A stretch of 64,000 nt of DNA from Pavona decussata (Eukaryota), in the NCBI GenBank assembly GCA_977016875.1, contig CDRNST010000162.1, positions 2,666,001 to 2,730,000 on the forward strand, written 5' to 3'. The translations under genes and the position numbers were made by a program. Positions 1 through 13,200 of this stretch are shown in pieces. The notes beneath the pieces were generated by a model that saw only the letters and a program-made list of their open reading frames with translations, was not told the origin of the DNA and did not search any database. Within the stretch, counting starts at the first letter, position 1; the number at the start of each line of letters is the position of its first letter.

Positions 1-446
1 CTTTCTATGTAACAAGAGCTCTTGAATTTAGACTTTTGTGGCTGGTATTATACACCTTCCTGGTACAAAGATAATAATTATTATAAGGATGTAAAAACTG
101 CTGAAAGACCTGGAAGAATGCACTCCTAATACAGATTTGGAGTCAAGATTGTATAGGACAATCAAGAATTGAATGGATCTTGGGACGGGTATCTGGCATC
201 CCCTGCAGATTTTGCAGGGATGAATAACATCATCACCAACTATGCAAAGGAGAGAGAGCCTGGGATCAAGATCATCAGATGCACTCCCTAATTTTTGATT
301 ATTACTAGTATAAAATTATTATTGTATGATCCAACTTTTTCTTCACTCATTTCATTGGTTACATACATACAGTCATATACTGTCAGATAGATCACAGGGA
401 GAAGTTAAAGATACTGATAATTTATGCCATAAGTGTAAAAACAAAC

Positions 447-2560
447 CTTGTACAACAAGTAATGTCGTAGCAGATGAATAATTATTATGGGCACTGTTTA
501 TAACCAGACATGTGTAATTCCCAGCAACGTCTACGGTGCTTGCATTGATTCTCAATTGAACTTGGCTTTCATTGAAATCTACAATAGACCCTTGTGTAAA
601 ATTCTCAGCGGAAGCATTTCTTGAAATAACAGTTCCATCTTTTTCCCACTGTACTTCAGAAGGTGTTGGTGAAGAATTGTAGTGGCAAGTCAACAGAATG
701 TCATTTCCTATAACAACAAACTGTTTTGGAGGTCCATCAATTGTCACCTCTGGTTTAACTGCAATCAAATGCAAGACAGTATTGCAGTCAGTTAATAGTA
801 AAACATCTGGGATGTTCAAGCCATCTCATTTTCATGTATTTGCTTTGTTTTATGTACAGCCAATGACAATTATTCCTGACTAATTTGCATTTGTCAGTTA
901 GAGTAAAAAACAAACAAGGAAACTAAGGGGAATTTAAAAGAATGAATCAGTAACAAGCACTGGACAGGTGCACTGCCAAGGAGTCTCACAAGAACAATAT
1001 GGTGCAGGCATAAACCTAGAACAGAGGACAATCATGATTTATATAATATTGAAGGGTGGCCGTATTGGAAGACATAATATTGATGTCAAATTATGTCATA
1101 AGCATAGAAACTAGGAGACTAGTCATGTCAGCGAGAGTGCACCACTTGATGCCTTCCAATATCCCACAAATTATATCAAATGCACTGTGTTGCTTAAGTC
1201 CCTTAATGACCTAGGATATGCTAATGCACGACCCCTGGGCCAGACAATTATGGGAAAATGTTGCATTAATGACTCAGGAGGATGAGGGTTGGGCGCTGCT
1301 GGAATATTATTGACTGATGCATAATGTTTAGATGAAAAAGTGTAGTCTATTTATTAAACCAAATTTAAAACACCATATGCATGTAGCAGTTAAGAAGCTG
1401 AATCATGATGTGACAACATTGATCGTCTCAGCAGCTAGCACATGATCAATGCACAATAATTCTGTTTAAGTGGATTTTAAATAAGGTGAAAAAAATGCTT
1501 TGTAAATGTATACAAGATTAGTGAGACATTGATTATGTCTACAAAGTTTCAGGTTTGTTACTTACATAACTTAAAAAGTTATGGATAGTAGTTGGATTGT
1601 GATTTCCTGAGATGAGAGGAGTGTCAGGTCAAAACCTGACTCACCACATAATAATTATAATACTGAACCTGAGAAGTCTCATAGAGACTAACATCTATTG
1701 ACTTTTGATAACTCCTTACCGACTCCCTGCCATAAAAACTTAATGGAACTTCAAGCATATGATAAGATAATGGCAAATATATGGAGTTATAGAAACAGCG
1801 AAAGAATACTCTGGCATAAACATTGATAATCTACATGGCAAAACGTTTCGCTTTCACAGAAACTGCAGTTTCACAGCTGAAGCTGAAATATTGATTAGGA
1901 TAAACACCACGAAAACATCACTGAATAGTTTAAAAATTCTATATTCGGAAAACTCTCAATTTGTAATTAAGCTCAAAAGAATTTGACATAAGTGTGCACC
2001 TGTAATTACAATGAGCATACCTATTAATGATTTGGGAGAATAATAAAGTTTAAATTTTGATTTGCGCAAGTAAAATATTTCGATTACTATCTTGTCGCGG
2101 TATTCAGGCCTTTATAAATCACCCACGTACAAGGAAGTCGAAAATATAAAACAATATGGAACAGCAATAACTTATATAGCTGCTGTGAAAGTGTAACCGG
2201 TCTGCTTCATCGTTTCCGAAATATCACTCAAAGATAACTTTCTTTAATTTCAGACAAAAGTGTTTCTTTGCGATTGTAGATCGAAACAGATCGAAGTTAA
2301 AGATACAAATAAATCGGAATTGAACGTGTGTGGTATTAAACGTAAGATAAATAACGCGAAGAAGCCCGCCAGTAAATACACATGAATACACGGTCGTTAT
2401 TTCCGCTTTAGAATCAAGAACTGAAAGTCTTGTTTTCAAAACTAAGAAACAAACATTTACCTGCTTCAGCGGCCGAAGACAATACCACCAGCAATAAGAG
2501 TGAACACAAGCCTGACACGTGAAATTTATGGACGATTTTTCGCACAAGATGTTCGTCCAT
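447..2560 (-). CDS. 5' end of a second Ig-domain receptor gene, paralogue of the RPTP at 40507-64000; continues off the left edge
   Basis: Exon 1 is 2560-2461 (ATG, MDEHLVRKIVHKFHVSGLCSLLLLVVLSSAAEA, hydrophobic signal-like, phase-1 donor GTAAAT). Exon 2 is 758-447 (312 nt, AG/GT, phase 1-1) and encodes an Ig domain ([21 protein letters not shown]...[11 protein letters not shown]). This domain is highly similar to the Ig exon at 63708-64000, and intron sequence 1-110 resembles 63215-63305. Confidence 0.8.
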
Positions 2561-4221
2561 ATTTTCGCAGCATAATTCCCTCGCTTGAGCGATCGTGTTC
2601 CAGTACAAATATTGAATCCTTACCCCTCCCAGGAGCGGAAATCGTCAACGAAAGTGAGGTCACGACTCAAAATAAACCGAATACATTAAGCTCAGAAAAC
2701 TCTTTGTAGAATAATCTTTCCTTTAATCTAATATCTAAAAAGATTAAAGCAAAGAAAGACAAAAGGTATATAAAAAATAATTAAGTTTAAGAGTCATTTT
2801 ATTATCATGGTAACAAAAAACATAAGCAAATGAAGTGACAAAGAATGTTCGAGATTGGCAGCTGACGTCAAAAACGCCAATCCAGGTTATTATTATAATC
2901 ATGCAAACTCACAACAACACAATGTTTTGACAATTAACCAACTTATTGTCTGCTGCAGTTATCAGATTTCCTTGTACCTTTTTGACTGAAGAGGTTGCCT
3001 GAGAATTGACCTTTCACAAACTGACGTCTAAACTCATTCTGATATTTTAAAACTCTCCATAAAGCGCCATCCCATCCCATCCGATGCACTCTATAATTAA
3101 TCACATTTATCGTCCATAAATAGTCTTTTCAATATAAACAGTTTGTCGGAGTTTTCGTTAGAGAAGGTAATATTTTTGGGATACCCAAAAGGAAGAAGCC
3201 TACTAAACAATTTTTAAATCTATCACAAAATGATCTTTAAACTCACGGAGACCGAAGAAGTTCTCATTTGTCATTGTTTTATTACCGGTATCTTCTTTTG
3301 ACTACACTCAGTAGTCTTGTTAAAGGAAAGAGACGCTTGAGTAAATACACACAAACACACTTTTGTATCAAACGATGATACTAGAATATTCAACGCGCAG
3401 AGTATCCAAACATTCATGGCCATCGGAGTCGAAAATTTGAATCCAAATGCGGTTTGAATGAACTCTAGAATAAGAGAAAAAAGGGTCCAAATTCGCCAAA
3501 TAGGGTGAAAAATCTCGCCTGCGTGACTAAACTGACTAAGCACTAACTTATAGCTTGACTAACGCGCTTTAAAAGTGGAAGGGTGTACCAGTAATCTATC
3601 CCGCAAAAAGGATAAAGTTTTTCTAAGGCATAAGCATGGAGCCTGAAAATGGAGACAAACAGGCTTTTCCAGACTTGTGTGGAAATAGATTTCTAGAGAA
3701 ATTTCCATGAATTTGGAACAGGCTTCCTAAAAGTGCCGAAACAATTTCTCGCGGGGACTTTATTCAGTTGCGATTTGGAAAAACGAAAACGAGTAAAAAT
3801 CGCAAAACTAAGCACGCGCAAAAAATTTCGTGCAATGCCGGTGATTATGTTGGCAAACGACCTGCATACTCCGGGTACTCAGACAAATAATGTCAAAACC
3901 ATCTAAAATGGTCCGCTATAGTGAAAGGAAAAGATGGCAAATTGCCGAGTTGACTTAGTTTAACGATTAGAATCTTTCATTTTACTACCCTTTATTGAGA
4001 GTCGTGAAGGAAGTAGGGGAAGGGAGGGAGGATCTCAGTTCCCAGTCCAGATTTTGCCCCAGGGTACGATTTTCAGGGTCCAAATTTGATGACCAAATTC
4101 CATCTCCAGTGCGTCAAATATCATTTTTTCCGTGAAAAAAGGGCAAATCCCAGTTACTATTTTAACCCTTCAGGACCTTCTTCATTCTTTTTATACACAA
4201 TAAAAATAATAAACTACTCAC

Positions 4222-7200
4222 AATGCACTTCGAGGGTTCCTGCAGTTGATGTGATGCTGTTACTGATACTGTTGTTTGCCACACATCTGTATTGTCCTTC
4301 ATCTGATCGGTGAACGTCCTCTATTGTCAAACTATGAGTGTTCCCTGATGAATTTGCGGTTAGTTTTGAATTTGCTTCTGTGTTCAGTATCTCATTGTTC
4401 TTTGTCCATTTGATGCTGGGTGGAGGATTTCCTTCTACTGAACAGCCAAAAACAACGACTCGTCCTTCAATTTGCACGATATCTCCTGGATGTTTTGTGA
4501 ATTCAGGTGCATCTGAAACGACACAAATACAAATACAGTCAAACTTCTTCACCAAAGGGACAGAGTTGATTGACTGTTTTTAATGGAGGTCTCTGTCTTA
4601 CAGAGGTAGAGTTTTAAATGAAGTTTGGTCCCACTTTTACCAAATAAACTGTTCGTGAAAAGGATTAATAAGGAGGTGTCAGCATTAAAGAAGTAGCGTT
4701 AATATGAGTTTTTGTCCCTTTGGGAACAAGTAAAAGCTCTGTAATATGAAAGTGGATAAGTCGGAATTTTGTCTCTCCAGCACCAAGTGAACAGTGTCCA
4801 TAATAAGCAGGTGTGCATATTATAGAGGAAAGCCTTCAATGATTTTTGGCACCTCCAAGTTATCTGTTTTACAGAGATGTACGTATTACAGAACTAGAGC
4901 GTACATGAGTTTTGGTCTCCTTTGGAGCCAGTGAATCGACTGTTATGGAGGTATCGGTACTGAAGAGATAGCATTAAAGGTGTGGTCTCTGTACGACCAA
5001 GTTAACTCTCTGTTAAAAAAAAGGTTTCCGTATTATGGAGGTGTCTGAAACAAAACGTCCGAGTGGAACTTGACTGGTCCGTAAGTGCATGTCTTTAACT
5101 TAAAGTTACTTTCTTAAAACACTGAAAAAAGACAAATGAAAATCCTCATAAATAAAAAGGTTGTGTAGTTGGCATCTATCGATGACAATAATTGACAGAA
5201 TAATTGCGATATCGACATTTTTTCAAATCGACAACATTTGTGCAAACTCTCATGGATAGTTATCGATCTATAGGACGCCTTTCTTCCCGATATCGGTTTG
5301 AATCAGTAGTCCACGTCGGGTATTGCTATACTCAGAAATGATAATACTCTTCTACTCAGGACTGACCACCGAGCAACCTTAGCATGAACATCAAAGAAAA
5401 AAAAGCTAATTAGTATTTACATTGTACATCCAGTATAGCAGCATTGGAGGTAACCGTTTCAATAGTGTTGCTAGCCACACATCGGTATTGATTTCCACTG
5501 TCCGTCCTTCTAACATTCGTTATAGCCAACTGCTTGTTATCTGATGATAAACTGATTCTGGGATTGGCAGTCGTATTTACAGCAGATCCATTTATGGTCC
5601 ACGAAAAATCCGTAGGTAATGGATTTCCAGTTGCGTCACAAGATAAAGTGGCGTTTTTTCCTTCTTCAACTGTCAGATTCTCTGGATGAGAAGTGAACTC
5701 AGGTTTGTCTGCATTTAGTAATAAGAAAAGTGAACCTCACAATTAGTAGTTTCAGAGCTATGATTCCTACATTTGTACATAGAAAGAGCTACTGTTTCCT
5801 ACATTTGTAAATAGTAATCATGCGTTCTATCAAGCATTTTCAGAGAGGTCTGCAAGGATATTGTCTAGCAGCGGTGATTTGTGTGTAGGATTTATGTTTT
5901 TTGTTGTCATACACTACGTGGAAAATGAGAAGGCTGGCAAAACCACTAAGTTCCATTAGGTGACAAGGCCACAAATCAACTATACTTCAATGTACCGGCC
6001 TCCGCCTTTATAATAGTATTCCTATACTCAGAAATGATAATACTCCTCTACTCAGAACTGAACACCAAGCAACCCTTGGTATGAACATCAAAGAGAAATA
6101 ATGAAAAGTAGAATTTACATTGTATATCAGTCAGTGTAGCAGCATTGGAGGTAACATTTCCAATAACGTTGCTAGCCACACATCGGTATTGATTTCCACT
6201 GTCCGTCCTTCTCACATTCGTTATAGTCAACCGCTTGTCCTCCAATGATAAACTGATTCTGGGATCGGCAGTCGTATTTACAGCAGATCCATTTATGGTC
6301 CACGAAAAAGTCGGTACTGGATTTCCAATGGCGTTACAAGGAAAGATCACGTTTGATCCTTCCGTCGCTGTCGTATACTGTGGATGTTCTGTGATCTCAG
6401 GTGCAACTAAATTAGAAAACAAATCATTCACCTGATGTAAGCAGAAAACATTTCAGGACCTTCTCCTGGCAAGATATGATCTACGTCTTAGTTATCATCT
6501 GCGGGCGGGATTGACAACACCAATGAAGTCTGTGCTACTTCTTGATTTTCGTAGCAGCGGTGATGATGTGTATGTAGGTTTTTCTTTTGGGCGGTCATTT
6601 ATTAGCGGGGGAAATGAACGCAGGCAATATATAACTGAACTAAAGTTAAGTTCGATTATGTTTACAAAAGACATCTCTATTAAGGAAACATAAAAGAAGG
6701 CACAAAGTAGCTATACTTTCTTGTACCATCATCCACCTCTATACTCAAATAAAAATCCTCTACTCAGAACTGAACACCGAGCCGATCTTAGCATGAATCT
6801 GAAAGAGATATTATGCTATGTAGTATTTACATTGTACATTCAGTGAAGCAGCATTGGAGGTAACTGATTCAATAACCATGTTGTCTGCTGCACATCGATT
6901 TTGATTTCCACTGTCTGTCCTTAAGTGGCATTCCTTCAAAACCAGATAGGTATTGGTTTTGGGAGGGAAGGAAGCAAGCGCTACACACATTTTTTTTTTG
7001 ATGCTGTGTGGTGTTTTCTTATATCCAGCTTTTTATACAACTACATCATGTCACATTTCAATTATCTTGCAACTTGCTCAATTTGTTTCAGTTTTATTTA
7101 TAAAAAAGAGTTCACAATGAATTACTACTTGGAGCAAAAAAAAACAACAACAAACACAAAAACAAAACCGGAAATACAGGTAGTAAAATTGACTTAATTC

Positions 7201-10200
7201 ACTATATTTGAATTCATCACGCAGCACAACTTAAATTCTACTTACATTGTACATCCAGTGTAGCCACTTTGGAGCCAGTTGTCCCAACACTGTTAGTCGC
7301 ATCACACCTGTATTCTCCGCTGTCTTTTCTGCTAACATTCGTTATTGTCAACTCCTTGTTATCTGATGATAAACTGATTCTGGGATTGGCAGCCGCATTT
7401 ACAGCAGATCCATCTATGGTCCACGAAAAAGTCGGCACTGGATTTCCAACGGCGTTACAAGATAAAGTGACGTTTTTTCCTTCTTCAACCGTCCGATTGT
7501 CTGGATGAGAAGTGATCTCAGGCTTGTCTGCATTTAGTAATAAAAAAACAACAACTCATAATCTGTGCACACAATAATGATGAGTTCTATCATGCGTTTT
7601 CACATAGATCTTCAATGATGTTGTCTAGCAGCGGTGATTTTTGTTTTTGGTTGTTATACATTTTTGGTTGTCATACACTACGTGGAAAACTGAGAAGGTT
7701 GGCAAAACCACTAAGTTCCATTAAGTTTAAGACAAGGCCACAAATCAACTATACTTCGATGTACCGGCCTCCGCCTTTATAATGGTATTCTTCTACTCAG
7801 AACTGAACACCGAGCAACCTTAGCATGAACATCAAAGAGAAATAATGAAAAGTAGTACTTACATTGTATATTCAGTGTAGCAGCATTGGAGGTAACATTC
7901 CCTTTAATGTTGTTGGCCACACATCGGTATTGATTTCCACTGTATGTCCTATTCAAATTGGTTAAAGTCAACTCTTTGTTCTCTGATGATAAACTGATTC
8001 TGGGATTGGCAGCTGCATTTACAGCAGATCCATTTATGGTCCACGAAAAAGTCGGAACTGGATTTCCAATGGCGTTACAAGTCAACAACACGTTTGACCC
8101 TTCCGTTGTTGTCGTATCCTGTGGATGTTTTGTGATCTCAGGTGCAACTAAATTAGAAAACAAATCATTCACCTGATGTAAGCAGAAAACATTTCAGGAC
8201 CTTCTCCTGGCAAGATATGATCTACGTCTTAGTTATCATCTGCGGGCGGGATTGACAACACCAATGAAGTCTGTGCTACTTCTTAATTTTCGTGGCAGCG
8301 GTGATGTGTATGTAGGTTTTTCTTTTGGGCGGTCATTTATTAGCGGGGGAAATGAATGCAAGCAATATATAACTGAACTAAAGTTAAGTTCGATTATGTT
8401 TACAAAAGACATCTCTGTTAAGGAAACCTAAAAGAAGGCACAAAGTAGCTATACTTTCTTGCACCATCATCCACCTCTATACTCAAATAAAAATCCTCTA
8501 CTCAGAACTGAACGCCAAGCCGATCTTAGCATGAATCTGAAAGAGATATTATGCTATGTAGTATTTACATTGTACATTCAGTGAAGCAGCATTGGAGGTA
8601 ACTGATTCAATAACCATGTTGTCGGCTGCACATCCGTATTGATTTCCACTGTCTGTCCTTTAGTGGCATTCCTTCAAAACCAGATAGGTATTGGTTTTGG
8701 GAGGGAAGGAAGCAAGCGCTACACACATTTTGTTTGATGCTGTATGGTGAGTGTTTTGTTATATCAAGCTTTTTATACAACTACATCATGTCACATTTCA
8801 TTTATCTTGCAACTTGCTCAATTTGTTCCAGTTTTATCTAGAAAAAAGAGTTCCAATCGATCACTACTTGGAGCAAAAAAAAAAAAAACCGGAAATACAG
8901 GTAGTAAAATTGACTTAATTCACTGTATTTGAATTCATGACGCAGCACAACTTAAATTCTACTTACATTGTACATCCAGTGTAGCCACTTTGGAGACAGT
9001 TGTCCCAACACTGTTAGTCGCCTCACACTTGTATTCTCCGCTGTCTTTTCTGCTTACGTTCGTTATTGTCAACTCCTTGTTATCTGATAATAAACTTATT
9101 CTGGGATTGGCAGCCGCATTTACAGCAGATCCATTTCTGGTCCACGAAAAATTCGGCACTGGATTTCCAATGGCGTTACAAGATAAAGTGACGTTTTTTC
9201 CTTCTTCAACTGTCCGGTTGTCTGGATGAGAAGTGATCTCAGGCTTGTCTGCATTTAGTAATAAAAAAACAACAACTCATAATCTGTGTACACAGTTATG
9301 ATGAGTTCTATCATGCGTTTTCACATAGATCTTCAATGATGTTGTCTAGCAGCGGCGATTTTTGTTTCTGGTTGTTATACATTAGGTGGAAAAACGAGAG
9401 GGCTAACAAAACCACTAAGTTTTATTATATAAGAAAAGACTCTAGAAAAAAATCTCTTAAGGCCACAAATCAGCTATACTTCAAAGTACCAGCCTCCGCC
9501 TTAATAATAGTATTCCTATACTCAGAAATGATAATACTTCTCTACTCAGAACTGACCACCGAGCAACCCTTGGTATGAACATCAAAGATAAATAATGCTA
9601 AGTAGTATTTACATTCTACATTCAGTGAAGCAGCATTGGAGGTAACCATTCCAATACTGTTGTTGGCCACACATCGGTATTGATTTCCACTGTCTGTCCT
9701 TTCCACATTCGTTATCGTCAACTGCTTGTTATCTGATGCTAAACTGATTCTGGAATTGGCAGTCGTATTGATAGCAGATCCATTTATGGTCCACGAAAAA
9801 GTCGGTACTGGATTGCCAATTGCGTTACAAGATAAATTGACGTTTTTGCCTTCTTCTACAGTCTGATTCTCTGGATGAGAAGTGAATTCAGGCTTGTCTA
9901 TTATTGGAAAAAAGTAAAAGAACTAGGTTTTAATAACAATCAATTATAATAAATAACAGTTAAAAATATCGTTAAATGTGTCTTGGAAAAAAAGTGTATG
10001 CATATGTACAAGTTTTTTTGAAGAGCGTTGTTGGGCTTGTACATGGACGGTTGATTGCAGTTGCAGGCTAGGAGTTAAATGCGGTAAAATGCATTTACGA
10101 AAACATTATGTATCACATTTATAACTTTTTAAGTGGGGTTGGGTGGGAGGGCGGGGGGGGGGGGGGGTGAAGAGGATATGTTTGGAGGCCAACACTTCCA

Positions 10201-13200
10201 GTTCTGCACGACTTCCTTTCGTGGCTTCTCCGTCTCTGTTAGATACGCTCGTCGTGTTAGTAGATTTCAACTGCAGTCGTTTGGGAATGTGAAAATTACT
10301 TACACAGTGAACTTGAAGCGGGGCCGGCACCATCAGGTCAGCTGAAACCAACTAAATATGCAACTTTGCTTCCTTTAATTTAAGGTTAAGACATACTTAG
10401 CGGTCGCAAGGAGGATCCCTTGCGACCGATCCCCCGGAAGATCCCGGTCCCTTAGAAAGAGGCTACTGCGGTCAGTTTTGTTGCAAATGCATATAATTTG
10501 AAAACCACCTATTGGCATTCCCGTTACCAATTTAAGTTATTAAATCACATTATTTTAGTTTGTGCTGAGCGTCGACCCATTATCGCTTCAAAACGGAACG
10601 AAAAATAAAGGCCACTGTTCTTACATTGAACATCTAGAGTGGCAGCATCGGAGGTAGTTTCATTTCCAACGCTGTTGTTCGCCACACATCGATATTGTCC
10701 ACTGTCGTCTCTGCTCACATTAGTTATAGTCAACTTCTTATTGTCCTCTCCAAAACTGATTCTGGAATCTCCACTCGAACTTATAAGGGATCCATCTTTG
10801 GTCCATGATATTGCAGGTGCAGGATCTCCAGTGGCGTTACAAGAGAAAGACACGTTAGCTCCTTCGTTTGCTGTCACATCCTGGGGAGGTTCTGTGATCT
10901 GAGGTGCAACTGAAATTAGAAAACAAATCAGTTACCTGTTGTTCAGGACTTTCGCCTGGTAAGACATGATTTATGTCTTAGTTATCATTTGCAAGATTGG
11001 CGACCCCAACGGAGCCAGTGCTACTTCAGTCTATCTTTGTAGAAAAACGATAGATACAGTGTATAATTTTTTTTATCACAGTCATCTTTTCCATTATTTA
11101 ACTTCAATTTACTTGTTTAATTTCCTGGTAAACATAGCATATAAAATTATGTTAAAATACGTGTTATTACAAGTACCAGGAAACCATCTGAGTTTAAAGT
11201 AGCTTTTTCCACGAGAAACAACTTAGTTTGCAGTTAAATAAAGGTATCATTAAGGTGATGCGATCAAATTGCATTGGACATTCTAACTGAGCATAATTTC
11301 TCGAGTCTTTAGCGTGCATACGAGCGTGCACGCATAAAGAAGATTGCAGTTTTGCTGTGAGGCTAGGCTCGGCCGACAAATGATTGGTCGTTTTCCCTCA
11401 AACGAACATGGTGACCCCAGACTTAAAATGTCTATTTAATTAACTGCGTCTCGCAATGATATAGTCAAGTTTGAAGAGTTTTCATTATTCAGATTTGAAA
11501 TATTCTGGTGGAATCACTACCACAATCTGTTTTGAGTATCTTCAATAAGATCGTATACCGGTGCTGAAATTCCCTGAAATAAAGTCACGAAGACCAAGGA
11601 CATAACATTTTTCTACCCAGCCGTAACAATTATGCTTTCCTAGTTGACCACGTTAAGTCAAATGAGCTGAAACGCTGAGGGGCGATCAATATTGACTGGT
11701 TCTCTTCAGTTTTGAAACCAGCAGGTCAGTTGTAGCTACTGGCTAGTAAGCAAGGAATGAATAAAAACGACGAGAAAAAGAATAATACCGCTATATAACT
11801 GAAAAACGACATAAGAATACTTTATCCGTTTACACTCAAATCTTTCGCTCCACATTAGCTTCACTTCGCATTTTGAAGTATCGAACGGTTTTCGATTGAC
11901 AATTATATCTTAAATAACATCCATAGCCTATATTCTTGTTGTTAGCCATTTTAACCGCTGTAAAACCTAAAAAAATAAGAAAAGACCGTTAAAGATAAGG
12001 TTTTCGCTTCGAGAGCTCAAAAATGATAAGTTTTTTTTGTGAGTCTGTGACCTTTCTATTTAAATCATTTTATGATTTGCCAAAAAAGTATCAAGTTTTT
12101 TGAAGTGAATCATGTGAAGACTGATCGAGACTGTGTGTCTGTGTTAATTGTTTGAGTATGTGACATACTTCAATTTAAAAAACTTGAACTTTTTTAGTAA
12201 ATCATAAAATGATTTTGTAAACCCACAGACGCACAAAAAAACTTTTCAGCTTCGAGCTCTCCAAGTGAAGACCTTTATTTATTTAATGGACGTTTCTTAT
12301 TTTTTAGATTTCACCACGGTTAAGCAACCATTAGTGAGTATGAACACAATATTTGGATGCAGCAATTTGCTAAGAAATGTTAGAAACAAAAATATGAATG
12401 TATTGTACGATACATGGTGTTTGTTGTTATTGAAATTCACCTCGTCGTTCTGTGTCGCCGTGTTCCTCTGGCTAGAGACCTACGGCCATTTGTTTTGTTT
12501 TGTTTTAATTTTCCAACGAATCCACAAGAATGGCTTTTAATTTTGTTTAATTACATGTATAATACCATAACAAATAAACATTGTTGCGTTGTAGTTAAGA
12601 TTAACTTTGTGAGGGCCTTTCAAACCACGTACCGTCGCAAAGACATTTGTCAGCCCATAGAAATCTAAGATATTTGTGAATTTCACTCAAGATTGTAGTT
12701 TGCTTTGAGGAAAATATCAACGTAGTAAGGTCGATTGCGTTCGGTTGTGATTGCAGTAAAGCTTGTATCGCGCTTTGTGAAGCAATATCTAACAAAGTGA
12801 ATCGAAATTCACTGTCAGTGAAGATTTTAGGTCCTTGCCGAAAGAACGAAGAGGAGCAAAGTGACGCTCCCTTTACTTCATTAAAGCATAACGGTTTAGG
12901 AATACTTCTGTTCAGTGGATTAAAAATGGAGTCAACAGGAAGCGTATCAAAAATACCGGTTGGAGGGGGTGACTAAGAGCCACGAGTTTTGCCGGAGAGC
13001 GTTTCTTTATGGCCTACACTGACTCTGTGAAGGAGTTTGTAAACGGCTTCAGTAAGGACATACGTGCTAAAGGTAATGAGCAACAACGGAATAAAAATAA
13101 ACAGGCTAAGAGAGGTAGCTAATAGCTATGACTAATTATAACGTAAAGCGAACAATGGCAACAATCATGACACTTTCAGAGCTACATATAAGGCATACGT

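Noticed and set aside
3271-3543. Hydrophobic ORF as TM/GPI terminal exon of the multi-Ig gene
   Set aside because: There is no convincing in-phase acceptor, and the hydrophobic runs are broken by charged residues. This is likely chance in AT-rich DNA.
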